A stretch of DNA of 64,000 nucleotides from Candidatus Aegiribacteria sp. GTDB lineage: Bacteria > Fermentibacterota > Fermentibacteria > Fermentibacterales > JCC-6. Each line of letters begins with the position of its first letter. The stretch's first letter is position 1. Shown here piece by piece: positions 50,475 through 60,532 of this stretch. A program made the translations under genes and the position numbers. The stretch spans positions 6,345-70,344 of the forward strand of contig JAIORS010000191.1 of the NCBI GenBank assembly GCA_021108005.1. The letters are read 5' to 3'. The notes under the pieces are model-generated. The model was given only the letters and a program-made list of their open reading frames with translations, did not search any database and had not been told where the DNA came from.

Positions 50475-51186
50475 TTCCTTCTGTTTGTTTCATATAGAGC
50501 CTTACTTTAGCAGGTCGAATAAGCTTCCGATGTTCGTCATCGATGTAAAAAATGTAGCCCGGGTTCACTACCTTCGATATGTGTCCGGGTTCCCCCTTTT
50601 CAGAGGGGTCTTTGCCCACTACTTCCGCTATTTTTTCCTGGCCTGAGTAAGGAGTATCGATTTCGGGTTTAAACTGTTCTATTCCGCTTCCATCAAGAGC
50701 GAATACGAGCTGGTCGTAAATCATATCGAGATCCTGACGGTGATTATCAGTTACTTCATCGGTGCTGTTCATACGTTTTTCAACATCATCGATGCATCTT
50801 ATTATTCGATGACAAAAATTCTTCAACACTGTCCAGTCGTATCCGTCCTGAAACCTCTTGACCATGCTTTGTTGTTTTGCGAAATAATCCCTCAGGCTCG
50901 ATACCTGTGAGAGCATATCCATTGCGGAGTTGTCAGACCGCTTCGCGAAATCTCCCGCCGATCTGAGGGCTGTAAGTATATCGAGATTCTGTTTCTCGAG
51001 TTCTGTCTGCAGCAGCCCGCTTACGTCAGATATCTGATCTTTCATTTCGTTAAGATGATTGCGCAGATCTTTTGAATTCTTCTTGAACATGGTTTTAAGA
51101 CTTTTTGAAAGCTCCCTGAATTGTTTTCCGGAAAGAGCAGCCTCTGCTTTCCCGGATATTTCAGCCTTCTCCGCTTTACTGGCCAT
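50458..51186 (-). CDS. GrpE-like nucleotide exchange factor paralog
   Basis: N-terminal coiled coil. C-terminal motifs align with the window's own GrpE: GIEQFKPEIDTPYSGQEKIAEV (cf. GLSELDIKKGDPFDPNIQEAMIAE) and PGYIFYIDDEHRKLIRPAKVRLY (cf. KGYRLGEDLLRPARVKVGK). Overlaps the Hsp70 paralog by 17 nt. Confidence 0.5.
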   Translation of the reverse strand: MASKAEKAEISGKAEAALSGKQFRELSKSLKTMFKKNSKDLRNHLNEMKDQISDVSGLLQTELEKQNLDILTALRSAGDFAKRSDNSAMDMLSQVSSLRDYFAKQQSMVKRFQDGYDWTVLKNFCHRIIRCIDDVEKRMNSTDEVTDNHRQDLDMIYDQLVFALDGSGIEQFKPEIDTPYSGQEKIAEVVGKDPSEKGEPGHISKVVNPGYIFYIDDEHRKLIRPAKVRLYMKQTEGSDDIE

Positions 51187-51468
51187 TTACAATCCTCCAT
51201 TGTTACCGATGAAAGTGAATCCGGAATCTGTACTATTCAATTAGAACCGGAACTGTAGAGTTATCGAGAACTATCTTCTTCTGAACCCTTACCCATCCGG
51301 TTAATACAATCAATTCAAGGTCGCATCAGGCGAATACTGATTAGTTTTATTGAAGGATGATATTCAATGGTATCAAGTTCTGTCAATTCCTGAAAATCGT
51401 AAATCGTATTTCAGTTCATTCACTTCTATCAAATATGGTAGATGAATCACTGAAAACATTTAGACCCT

Positions 51469-51954
51469 TCAGGATATGGTGTATCTTCCGCGCAGCATAT
51501 CGATTGACTTGCAGAGAAGAAGGCTCAGGCCCGTTCCCCACATGAACCCGGTTGCCGTCAGAAGAGAGCGAGAAGTATCAATCACTCCCGTGAATTCCAG
51601 TACCCACTGTAAGCCCATAATGAATGTAACGAACAGGGAAACCAGGAGAACGGTTTTCCATTTCAGTCTTTTCCGAAATAGCGGGAAGAACACAGCACAA
51701 CCGAGAACAATTGAAAAGTATATTCCGTTGCACCTCACGCATACTGCGGCAGGTCGTCCGAATATCACAGGGCATCGATCCGGTATGCCATGACACAGTA
51801 ATTTGTATGCAGATCGTATGAAACGTGCGGTTCCATCGTGAGAAAAATGCTCCAGGATTGGAGGCAGCAGACCAAGCAGCCAGATTACCAGGAAACTCAG
51901 AGCTATACATAAAGCCCATACGGGGTAACGGTTGTTTCTCGGACCGGACGTCAC
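51469..51954 (-). CDS. DUF2085-like membrane protein
   Basis: LCHGIPDRCPVIFGRPAAVCVRCNGIYFS between TM helices. Confidence 0.55.
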   Translation of the reverse strand: MTSGPRNNRYPVWALCIALSFLVIWLLGLLPPILEHFSHDGTARFIRSAYKLLCHGIPDRCPVIFGRPAAVCVRCNGIYFSIVLGCAVFFPLFRKRLKWKTVLLVSLFVTFIMGLQWVLEFTGVIDTSRSLLTATGFMWGTGLSLLLCKSIDMLRGRYTIS

Positions 51955-53054
51955 TTGCGCAGAGTGTCTTTCATTATTTCTATCATACTGTTCGCGGTAT
52001 CATCCCAGTTGAAACCGGTAGCCCATTCCATGCCGCTTTTTCCGAGTGTGTCCCTTTGAACCGGATCGTTTGCAAGCCTGTCCATTTCAGCCGCAAGACT
52101 ATCCACACTGCCATGGGGAACAAGAATGCCGGTAATGCCGTCCTTCACCGAATCCCGAAGACCATCGCTGTCGCTGGCGATAACGGGGGTTCCGCAGGCG
52201 TTTGCTTCGATTACCGTCAGTCCCCATCCCTCTTTCTCAGATGCGAATACGGCCGCCCAGGCCTTCCGCAGCCAGTGGAGCTTTCGCTCCTGGGAAACGA
52301 ATCCCTCAAAGGTAACACTCCGGTCAAGGCCAAGGCGTGAGGCGGTTTTTTTCAGCTCCGCTTCGTAATCGCCGGATCCAAGCACTACAAGCCTGTAATT
52401 CTTACCCGCGTCCCGCAGTACAGCCAGCGCCGCAAGGATCAGTTGGACACCCTTGTACTTTTTCAACCTTCCGACGTACAGGAATGTCCCCTGTTCCGGA
52501 TCGGGTTTTCCCGGCCTGTAGAATCCGGTGTCTATCCCGCAGGGAATAACGGAAATATTTTCCGCGGATATTCCCCTTTTTACGAGATCCTTCTTTGTAG
52601 ATTCGGAAATAGCCACGAAAGAGCATTCTCCATAAACCCTAGGTATGAAAGATTCCATGAAATTCACATAGAGCGCAAGAGGCAGCGCGACTTCCCTGTA
52701 AGCCGTTGTGCCGAAGAGGTGGGGCACAATGGTAAGAACAGGAACCGGAGACCATCGGGGGCTGTAGAAGGGTATCTTGCAGAGGTCTTCAATGACAAGG
52801 TCGAAGTTGGATGATATGTCGAGGGAGAGGGCAAATTTTTTCAGTGTAAAATTGAAAGTGTTCCGCTTTCCATTACGGAGGATACGTATACCGTCTATTG
52901 TTTCTTCAGAGGGGAGACCGGCCACCGCCTGAGAGATCTGTGTAACCTCATGGCCGGCAATGACTGTCCTTCTGAGGATTTCATGAAGGTGAATCTCTGC
53001 CCCCCCCGTTTCAGGATTCTTCGGATCCCTCCAGTTAAGGGCCAGAATACGCAT
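51951..53054 (-). CDS. Glycosyltransferase family 4
   Basis: EGWGLTVIEANACGTPVIASDSDGLRDSV. Confidence 0.8.
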   Translation of the reverse strand: MRILALNWRDPKNPETGGAEIHLHEILRRTVIAGHEVTQISQAVAGLPSEETIDGIRILRNGKRNTFNFTLKKFALSLDISSNFDLVIEDLCKIPFYSPRWSPVPVLTIVPHLFGTTAYREVALPLALYVNFMESFIPRVYGECSFVAISESTKKDLVKRGISAENISVIPCGIDTGFYRPGKPDPEQGTFLYVGRLKKYKGVQLILAALAVLRDAGKNYRLVVLGSGDYEAELKKTASRLGLDRSVTFEGFVSQERKLHWLRKAWAAVFASEKEGWGLTVIEANACGTPVIASDSDGLRDSVKDGITGILVPHGSVDSLAAEMDRLANDPVQRDTLGKSGMEWATGFNWDDTANSMIEIMKDTLRK

Positions 53055-53055
53055 G

Positions 53056-53838
53056 TCAGCTGTCCTGTTTTTTTCCGGCGATGATTCCGACGATGTAACC
53101 GAATCTCGGCCCGAAGTAAGAATCTTCGACCTTCTTTCTGAGGAGGGTCCGTAATCTGTGGACAGGTGGAATAAGTACCGGCCTCAGCGGAAGCTTGATG
53201 CCCGGTTTCATAAGCAATTCCCGGAATATCTTGTAAGCGAGGGAGGGGGAGAAAAACCTTCCGTAAATACTATCAGGTTCCAGGCCTGTTTCTCTGAGAA
53301 TTCTGGAGAGTTCACCCGGTGTGAACTGGGTCTCCCAGCCCGCGAACCATGCGTTCATCGCGATAAGGGTTTTCTTTATCAATGTGTAGATATGAACCGT
53401 TTGAGGAACATCCACAAGAACTTTTCCACCTTCCTTTATGACTCTTACGTTTTCACGAAGAAGAGGAAACGGATCGCGGAAGTGTTCCAGAACTCCCTGA
53501 TGAAAAACAAGATCGATGCAATTATCTTTGAAGGGCAGGGCAAGGGCATCACCGCAGACGAGGAGTAATTGAACCCCTGCTCTTTCAGCTGCCTCACTGG
53601 CAAGCCTGAGAGCTTCGTGGGAGTAATCAAGCGCTATCGCGATAGCCCCGTTTTCAGCGAGAATAACACTGTCCCTGGCGGTTGCGGCTCCAACCTCCAT
53701 TACGATTGCGCCATTGATGTCCATCCTTTTGAGGAGCTCTTCAGGTATGCGCCCATCGTTATCGTAGATTTCGTCAAGGTCACGATCCCTTTTCCAGAAA
53801 TCGTCCCAGTGCTTCCGTTCCGATGTTCTTTCAGCCAT
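53056..53838 (-). CDS. Class I SAM-dependent methyltransferase
   Basis: VMEVGAATARDS (motif I), ALDYSHEAL, methyltransferase-11-like spacing. Confidence 0.75.
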   Translation of the reverse strand: MAERTSERKHWDDFWKRDRDLDEIYDNDGRIPEELLKRMDINGAIVMEVGAATARDSVILAENGAIAIALDYSHEALRLASEAAERAGVQLLLVCGDALALPFKDNCIDLVFHQGVLEHFRDPFPLLRENVRVIKEGGKVLVDVPQTVHIYTLIKKTLIAMNAWFAGWETQFTPGELSRILRETGLEPDSIYGRFFSPSLAYKIFRELLMKPGIKLPLRPVLIPPVHRLRTLLRKKVEDSYFGPRFGYIVGIIAGKKQDS

Positions 53839-53922
53839 GCGGATAATCTAGAAGAAAAACTGAAACTTTCCAAATAGAAAATGCCGGGACTGATCAGTCC
53901 CGGCACTGTCCGTACCTCTCCT

Positions 53923-55230
53923 TTAATTTTTAAGGTCTCTACTGCCTATCCAGTTCAGGAAGCCGTTTCTCCTGAAGTCCCAGTACCTGTTCAGTCTTCT
54001 GGGTACGGATGCTCTATCCCAGTCGGTAGGTCTGTAGACTCCCGTATCGGGAACAACGAGGGAGCCAACGTACGAACCCTGGTCGTACACCTTCTGGATC
54101 TCTTCAGCTATCTCATCGATATCATTCTGTGAGGCAATCCCGTTTGAAGTTGCCTTGTAGAACTGTACTGTCACTCTTATGGGGAATTCCGGATCCCTGC
54201 GGATTTCAAGATCATCCATCTCAGTGAAGGGCCCTTCCAATTCTCCATGACCGATCACGGCAGCTTCGACATCCGATACACCCCTGCTGAGCTCACCAGA
54301 CGCACAGAACGTTTCACAAGAAGAGTCGCAGCATACATCATCGAAATACGTGCTTTGAGGATTCCTCTGCTTCAGGGGAATCTGTATCAACAAAACCATA
54401 TTCAGGTTACTCTCCTCGGATATGTCCGAGGGGTCTCCCCCGCTGCTTACATAATCAGCCCTGAAGTCCGAAATCCGCTGCCCGGTCAGGCTGGCGCGAT
54501 TCCCGTCTTCGTTGAAGAAAAGTCTCTGACCCCAGCTCCAGGATCCCGGAACCGCGTCTCTTGCGTTATCTATTACAGTCACACTCGTGCCTTCTCTTGT
54601 TACCAGAATTGTAAGTACGGCAGGATCGCCCTCGTAGGACTGGTAATTGTAAAGTACAGGATTGAACGTTGCGTTTCCCGAATCCTTAATAGGAAGGAAC
54701 ACCGCCTGGGCGCTTACCAGAACAACGCTGTCCCGCTCCGCGAGCAAGCTGTGTTCGTCACCATCCCATGATTCCGGATCGTGGAGATAGTACCTGATAT
54801 TGTCAACGAAATCCGTAAGTGATACAGGAGCAAGATCTTCGCCTATTTCGTTGCCAACCAGCAGATAGAAATTATCCGGGTCAAGATCCGCTGAAATATC
54901 GTGAAAATTCGGATACCTTATCACTGGCATGCAGGTAAGAGAGGGGTTTTCAGAACCGTTTTGGCGGCTGTGAACCTGTATTGTCATATCGGAAATGTTT
55001 GGACCCCAGCACGAGCCGGAGTAACGCCCCGTGTCCTCCCAGGTAACGTTTACTACATCGAGACCGTGCGCGCTTGCCATTTTTCTTACGTTCTGGTCCC
55101 AGACCATCTCGGATACTCTTTGTACTACTTCCTGATAATTTTCGCCGCTTGACCTGCCCGGACAGAAGTATCCAGCGACCGAGACGGAGAGAATCATCAG
55201 TGATGTCATTGCGTTCAGAAACATTTTCAA
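53923..55230 (-). CDS. Hypothetical secreted protein
   Basis: Signal peptide; no recognisable domain. Confidence 0.4.
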   Translation of the reverse strand: MKMFLNAMTSLMILSVSVAGYFCPGRSSGENYQEVVQRVSEMVWDQNVRKMASAHGLDVVNVTWEDTGRYSGSCWGPNISDMTIQVHSRQNGSENPSLTCMPVIRYPNFHDISADLDPDNFYLLVGNEIGEDLAPVSLTDFVDNIRYYLHDPESWDGDEHSLLAERDSVVLVSAQAVFLPIKDSGNATFNPVLYNYQSYEGDPAVLTILVTREGTSVTVIDNARDAVPGSWSWGQRLFFNEDGNRASLTGQRISDFRADYVSSGGDPSDISEESNLNMVLLIQIPLKQRNPQSTYFDDVCCDSSCETFCASGELSRGVSDVEAAVIGHGELEGPFTEMDDLEIRRDPEFPIRVTVQFYKATSNGIASQNDIDEIAEEIQKVYDQGSYVGSLVVPDTGVYRPTDWDRASVPRRLNRYWDFRRNGFLNWIGSRDLKN

Positions 55231-55326
55231 CCTCCCGTGTTGTTTTCACTGCTGTTACAAGGACAGGTTGCTGATTATTCCATCTCCCAGGTCGGACTTA
55301 CTTATCTTACTTATTCTGTCCATTTT

Positions 55327-55349
55327 ATAGTACTATTAATAAGTACTAT
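55327..55349. promoter_or_regulatory. Perfect palindrome ATAGTACT-N7-AGTACTAT upstream of the cNMP-binding gene
   Basis: 8-bp arms, 7-nt AT spacer, about 160 bp upstream of the 55510 start, in an AT-rich promoter-like region. Confidence 0.4.
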
Positions 55350-55509
55350 ATCATAGTAATAGCAATGTTTGGCTTATTATTCGTATATGACTTTTGGACA
55401 GCCATATTCAGTATAGAATGTATAGATAGGTTTGAGGTTGACAGGGGCTCAGGATATTGTTTAATTGCTTACTGAAATACATTGAGTTGAAATCACCGAG
55501 GAGGAAAAG

Positions 55510-56022
55510 ATGAAGGAAAGAGAACTTTTTAATCAAGACAGAGGACTTCTCGAACCGGAAATGATGCCTTTCTACGAAGTAGCGGAACTGAACAACGGAG
55601 ACGCGATGATGTTTCAGGGAGAACTCACTACAGATTTCTTTATCATCAAATCGGGAAAACTTGAGGTTATCGAAGGTACCGGTGGCAAAGCGGTTACACT
55701 GGATACGCTGGAAGCAAACGATGTGTTCGGTGAAATAGCTTTCTTCGATGAGGGAGAGCGGTCCGCTACCGTCCGGTCGTTGGGAAAATCAGTCCTTTAC
55801 AGGATGACCCGGGAACATTTCGCCGACATGGTTCAGACTCAACCGCAACTTGCCATAGAATATCTTATAATTCTTGGAAAACTTGTTTCCGGTAAGCTCC
55901 GAAGGGTCGATATGATGATAGCCGGGGTAACCGGAGATCAGAAGATCAAAAAAGACCCGGACTTGAAAAAACTGATGAAGGATATCAGAAAGGCCATGAA
56001 GAGCAAGAGGGATCTGTTTTAA
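55510..56022 (+). CDS. Stand-alone cyclic-nucleotide-binding (cNMP/CAP effector) domain protein
   Basis: FGEIAFFDEGERSATVRS matches the cNMP pocket. No HTH or other output domain in the 170 aa. Confidence 0.75.
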   Translation: MKERELFNQDRGLLEPEMMPFYEVAELNNGDAMMFQGELTTDFFIIKSGKLEVIEGTGGKAVTLDTLEANDVFGEIAFFDEGERSATVRSLGKSVLYRMTREHFADMVQTQPQLAIEYLIILGKLVSGKLRRVDMMIAGVTGDQKIKKDPDLKKLMKDIRKAMKSKRDLF

Positions 56023-56073
56023 TGGAATAAGCGGCGGAGCAGAACCCCGCCGCCATTCAGGACAAGAACAGCA

Positions 56074-56850
56074 CTAAAGCACGTTGAAAAGCCTGAGATA
56101 ATCGATAAGCTGATATTCAAAGGACAACAAATCAGCGCCATCTGTGAATACACTGTCTATGTAAAATTCAGCGTAATGATTATTAGTCAGCTGTACATAT
56201 ACCCAGTTGATATCGGTTACCTGTACAGAATCAACCCATTCCGATGAACCGGGTGCTGGAGCTACGTTTCCGAGTGTACCCCTGAGACAGAGCTTCGTAT
56301 CGTTTCCGCCGGGATACAGCGCAGGGTTATGATTGCCCGAGTAGAGGTAAACTTTACTATTAGCTATTCCAACGTAGATATCCTGATGAAATTCAGAGGA
56401 ATCGGCCACACCGGTTCCCCAGCCGAGACCGTCATTATAGAATATCAGACCGTTCGATGTGGTGTTCGCTCTGAGTTCCTGCTCCTGGGAATAATTGGCC
56501 TGAGCCCTGGAATTAACTCTGTTTGAAAAACCTGTAGAGTAATCCAGCCCCTTGGAGGCCTTTATCTCGTAATACCCGGTCGATGTCGCTACATGCGTCC
56601 AGGTTGTATCCGCCGTTAAACCGGGCTCGCCCCAGTCTCCAGGATGAGTTGTCGCGTAGTAGATGTGGTACCCGTCAACTTCCACGTCAAGAGCATCCCA
56701 TTCCAGAACTACAGAATCTCCCTTTGATGCCGTTTCGTTAATAGTTAGGTTCTGTACATTGGGAAGGGACCCGGATGGTGCTGAAGGATCGCTCGAACAT
56801 CCCACAATAGAAATAGCAGCTATAACAGCAGCTATCATGTACTTTTTCAT
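56074..56850 (-). CDS. Hypothetical lipoprotein
   Basis: Signal peptide plus VGCSS lipobox. Confidence 0.4.
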   Translation of the reverse strand: MKKYMIAAVIAAISIVGCSSDPSAPSGSLPNVQNLTINETASKGDSVVLEWDALDVEVDGYHIYYATTHPGDWGEPGLTADTTWTHVATSTGYYEIKASKGLDYSTGFSNRVNSRAQANYSQEQELRANTTSNGLIFYNDGLGWGTGVADSSEFHQDIYVGIANSKVYLYSGNHNPALYPGGNDTKLCLRGTLGNVAPAPGSSEWVDSVQVTDINWVYVQLTNNHYAEFYIDSVFTDGADLLSFEYQLIDYLRLFNVL

Positions 56851-56934
56851 ATCAGTCTCCCGTCAGTTAATGATTCAAAGTCATTATAGGAATATCTAAA
56901 ATTTGTACATGTATATCAAACCCTTAATGCATTA

Positions 56935-57591
56935 CTACTCGTATACCTTCTCTCTTGAATCAAGCTCCAAAGCGAAATAAGTTACCAGCGGGTCCGGATG
57001 CTGTACCGCCTCACTGAAAAGTGAATCGTACAGAACCTGAAGGCTGTCTGCTTCAGCAGTATATCGGAGAGTATCCAACCTTATGTAATACGAGACAATA
57101 CATTCCCGCTGCGCTCTTAATCGGTGCATCAGAAAGAGGATAAGATATGGTTCAAGCGGTGATTCAGGATTCTCATTCATGTAGGACAAAGCAAATACCG
57201 CTTCATCACCCGGGCCTTCAGGGAGACCTTCCCACTCATAATAGCATATGGCTGAGGATGCATACTCAAGCGCCAGGGAAGAGATGTCCGGATGATCTAT
57301 CAGTGCTGCAATCCCCCTTTCCAGACCCGCTCTTTTCTTCATGGTTATAGAATCCACCCAGTATTCACACTCCGAGAAGTCGAGATTAGTAACGAAGCTG
57401 TCCCAGTGCAGGGCGTACTCATCCAGTCTGAGGAGGGGCGGATCAGGATAAACAGCCAGGAAGGAATCAAATGTTCGAGGCTGTTCGATGTTGTAGAAAT
57501 AGAAAAGAGATTTAAACATTCCATCAATGTTATAGTCTGCAGATAGTGGAAAGACACAGATTGACATGCTCAGAACCAGCAGGATTCTCAT
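56935..57591 (-). CDS. Hypothetical secreted protein
   Basis: Signal peptide from MRILLVLSMSICVFPLSA (ATG at 57591). Confidence 0.35.
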   Translation of the reverse strand: MRILLVLSMSICVFPLSADYNIDGMFKSLFYFYNIEQPRTFDSFLAVYPDPPLLRLDEYALHWDSFVTNLDFSECEYWVDSITMKKRAGLERGIAALIDHPDISSLALEYASSAICYYEWEGLPEGPGDEAVFALSYMNENPESPLEPYLILFLMHRLRAQRECIVSYYIRLDTLRYTAEADSLQVLYDSLFSEAVQHPDPLVTYFALELDSREKVYE

Positions 57592-57839
57592 ATTACTGAC
57601 CTCCAATGCAGAAAGTTAGCTTCTATTTACACAATATTAACAGATCTTCACTTATTCGGGGAGCCCGAAGGCTGATTCGAGAGTTCGGGAGCCAGTACTG
57701 GCGAACCTCTCCGAATGTGCCGACACCACCGGAATTCTCACCGATCAGAACCGCGTATCACCTGGTCGCAGTTCGAAAGGATGAGATGTATTCAGCCCGG
57801 AGTCATTATCACCGTCTTCCTGCGGGATTCTCTCAAGGA

Positions 57840-58368
57840 AACAATAGGAAAGTGGATTTTTCGTAATACCATTACCTGCTCCCAAAGCAGTAAATATTTC
57901 CCAATAAACCTCCGATGTCCTGCCTGATTAGGTAAATGTGTTTAATTATGGGTCTTTCCTGCTAATGCGGTAGATATCCAGATACCGCAATTGCCGTGCG
58001 TAGATCGGGCAAGTTCGTTATTCCAACGCCATTGACGGCTCTAATATAACTAAATAGATTTGTGATATAACCAAATGTATATGTTATATAACTGAAATAT
58101 TTAGTTCATACAGGAGAAATACCGATATGGAAACATACGATTTTAGTTTTATCTACGCTCTTCTGGGAGAGACTGTGTCCAGAACTCTTTTCTACATTGC
58201 AAGGTTCGGTGATTCCTATCCTACGGAGATAGCGAATAACTTCTTAATGAACCAGCAAAGGGTTCAGTATCGGATGGAAAAGCTCGAGGATGCCGGGATA
58301 CTAAAGAGCAAACTCGTCGGCAGGACAAGGCTGTACAGGATTAATCCCCGGTACGTTTTGAAGAATGA
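57840..58368. repeat. 529-bp direct repeat, copy 1 (identical to 62005..62533)
   Basis: Identical by eye along its length: AT-rich upstream region with palindromes plus the first 242 nt of the wHTH gene. Confidence 0.85.
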
Positions 58369-58414
58369 TGTGATTGCATCCATATCTCCTATAAGCAGGT
58401 TTCCATTGGAGTAG
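58127..58414 (+). pseudogene. Truncated duplicate of the wHTH regulator gene (first 81 codons identical to 62292..62663, then divergent and short)
   Basis: Lies in repeat copy 1. Reading continues 46 nt into unrelated sequence (antisense to the NHL-like fragment) before a stop. Confidence 0.5.
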
Positions 58415-58695
58415 AACGCCATGGAAGAGGGCAAATTGAACTCACCCGTTCCGGAGCCCTCCCGCCCAATAGATCTGATGAATTCTCCCTCCGGTGTGTA
58501 CATGAATGCCATGTGCTTAATCCTGTCCAGAAACATGATATTACCATCGGGTGAATGCGTCATGTAGATAGGCCGTCCGAAAATGTAGTCAGGATCACCG
58601 ATTTCGACTCTTATCGAATCGGTAATAACGAGTTTGTACTCAATGTCGGGGAGTTCGGGTGGGGATTCGTCAGCTCCGCACCCGATCAGTATCAT
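58369..58695 (-). pseudogene. 5' fragment of an NHL-repeat-like lipoprotein gene, 3' end replaced by repeat copy 1
   Basis: MILIGCGADES lipobox; NHL-like SIGREGSGTGEFNLPSSMAFYSNGNLLIGDMD. Homology stops exactly at the repeat boundary (58368/58369). Confidence 0.45.
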
Positions 58696-58720
58696 TAATA
58701 CAGTTGAGAGTATTCAGTGT

Positions 58721-59350
58721 TTAATTCCAGTGACCAACCCTCTCAAAGATCAGAGTTTTTCCAACACAGGCCGGGCAAAGGTTGCTATCATTCAGAGAAA
58801 TCAGCTCCCAGCTCATCGGATTACCCGTCGGGTCTTCGCCTAACAGAACACCTGCAGGAAGCTCATCATCCAGGATAAGTTCTCCCAGAACATCGGGTGA
58901 TCTCAATGTCCTAACTAATTTCTCGATTCCATGGTAGTTGTTGTTGAGGGTGACCGCGATTTCACTGAAGTTTATCTCACCGGTCTCACGGTAGTTATTA
59001 TTAATATTAACGGCTATTTCCTCGGCGGTCTCCATTCCGATCCCACGGTAGTTATTATTGATGTTAACGGCAATCTCCTCAACGGTCAGTTCTTCAATCT
59101 CACGGTAGTTGTTGTTGAGGGTGACCGCGATATTTTCGGCGACGATCAGGACAATGTCGAATCCTACCAGTTGAAACTCACCGGTTTCAGGATCACGGTA
59201 TACTTCGGCAACATAACCCGGTGTCATGCCATATCCCGCAAAGAACTCATCGGTCTGGTAGCCGCACTCGTCGCAGATGCCAATAACAATTTCCCCGGCA
59301 ACAACCGGTATGGCACAAGCCAGCACAAGAAGCATAAGCATCCAGCGCAT
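58721..59350 (-). CDS. Secreted 19-aa tandem-repeat protein
   Basis: Signal peptide (MRWMLMLLVLACAIPVVAG). Four copies of EEIAVNINNNYR.I...TAE, encoded by a 57-nt DNA repeat at 58931-59146. Confidence 0.5.
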   Translation of the reverse strand: MRWMLMLLVLACAIPVVAGEIVIGICDECGYQTDEFFAGYGMTPGYVAEVYRDPETGEFQLVGFDIVLIVAENIAVTLNNNYREIEELTVEEIAVNINNNYRGIGMETAEEIAVNINNNYRETGEINFSEIAVTLNNNYHGIEKLVRTLRSPDVLGELILDDELPAGVLLGEDPTGNPMSWELISLNDSNLCPACVGKTLIFERVGHWN

Positions 59351-59506
59351 ATATCCCTCCTTAGTATCTGCTTTCCAGTCAGATTTGAGAATACATATCA
59401 TCAGCCCGTTCTGTCAAGAACAGAGTGAACGCAGACCTACCTCTCAAAGGGCATAGAGAATTATGATCGTTAATCAGTTATTATCCTTCAGTAAGAAAGG
59501 AAGCTC

Positions 59507-60532
59507 ATGAAACTCATAACAATCGCTCTTCTCATCCTGTTTTCAGTGTCAGCACATTCGGTCACGATTGACATTCTTTCGGAGTATTCCTGTCCCGTCG
59601 AGATGATAACATCTATTCCGGTCCGAATCGATAGCTGCCAGCTTCTGGAATCGGGAGGGTTGAGAATCTCGGCAAGCCAGTCAGTTCTATTTAACGATGT
59701 TGAATTTAATTACGATTCCTGGACGATTGTAATCGATTCGGATTGGTGTCCCATGTCATGTGACAGGGCTGCCCTTGATAACAGTTTCGAACTGAGTACT
59801 GCCCAACTAGGGGGATCAGGCGAGATGTGGCTGATCGCCTGCGCAGAGCAGGGGGACACACTGTGGACATGCGCTCTCGAGGGAACGGATGAGTTCCATG
59901 TTAATCCTTTTGTAACCGAGATCTCTGATGGTAGATACCTGGTAAACAACGATCCCGATTGTCATAGCACCTGTACGGAGATCCAGAGCATATCAGCAGC
60001 CGGTGAGATGATATGTCATTATTCGCTGAATACCGATTATCTGCTTGACCTGCCCGAGCCAATCGGTGAGACAGCAGCATATGTCCACTCCCTCCGCATG
60101 ACATCCAGCGGTGATATTCTTATCGGCGGTGCCGTCCAGCAGTGGTTCACCAGCCCGGTGGCTGGATTTGTCTGCCTTCTCGATGGTGATACCGGTAATC
60201 CCCTTTGGAGAAATGCAGGTTATTTCCGCGGAATGGCTAGTGTTTACGATGCCGTCGAAACGTCTTCAGGTCATGTAATAGCTGTAGGCACCACTGCGAG
60301 AAGCGTCGAATTGGAAGAGACACCTCGCACTATGTGGGGTACAGAGCTGGCGTTCATCGCCGTTCTGGATGCAACTGGAACACTTCAGAAAATGGTTGTG
60401 TGCGATCTGGATATTGCCAATTGCTTCTACAGTATCATCGAGACGGATCAATCGGAGTGCGAGTTCCTGATTGTCGGCACCGGTTCTTCATCGTACGAAC
60501 TTGTATTTCTGAAGGTAATCATTTCTACATAA
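59507..60532 (+). CDS. Hypothetical secreted protein
   Basis: Signal peptide; no recognisable domain. Confidence 0.4.
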   Translation: MKLITIALLILFSVSAHSVTIDILSEYSCPVEMITSIPVRIDSCQLLESGGLRISASQSVLFNDVEFNYDSWTIVIDSDWCPMSCDRAALDNSFELSTAQLGGSGEMWLIACAEQGDTLWTCALEGTDEFHVNPFVTEISDGRYLVNNDPDCHSTCTEIQSISAAGEMICHYSLNTDYLLDLPEPIGETAAYVHSLRMTSSGDILIGGAVQQWFTSPVAGFVCLLDGDTGNPLWRNAGYFRGMASVYDAVETSSGHVIAVGTTARSVELEETPRTMWGTELAFIAVLDATGTLQKMVVCDLDIANCFYSIIETDQSECEFLIVGTGSSSYELVFLKVIIST

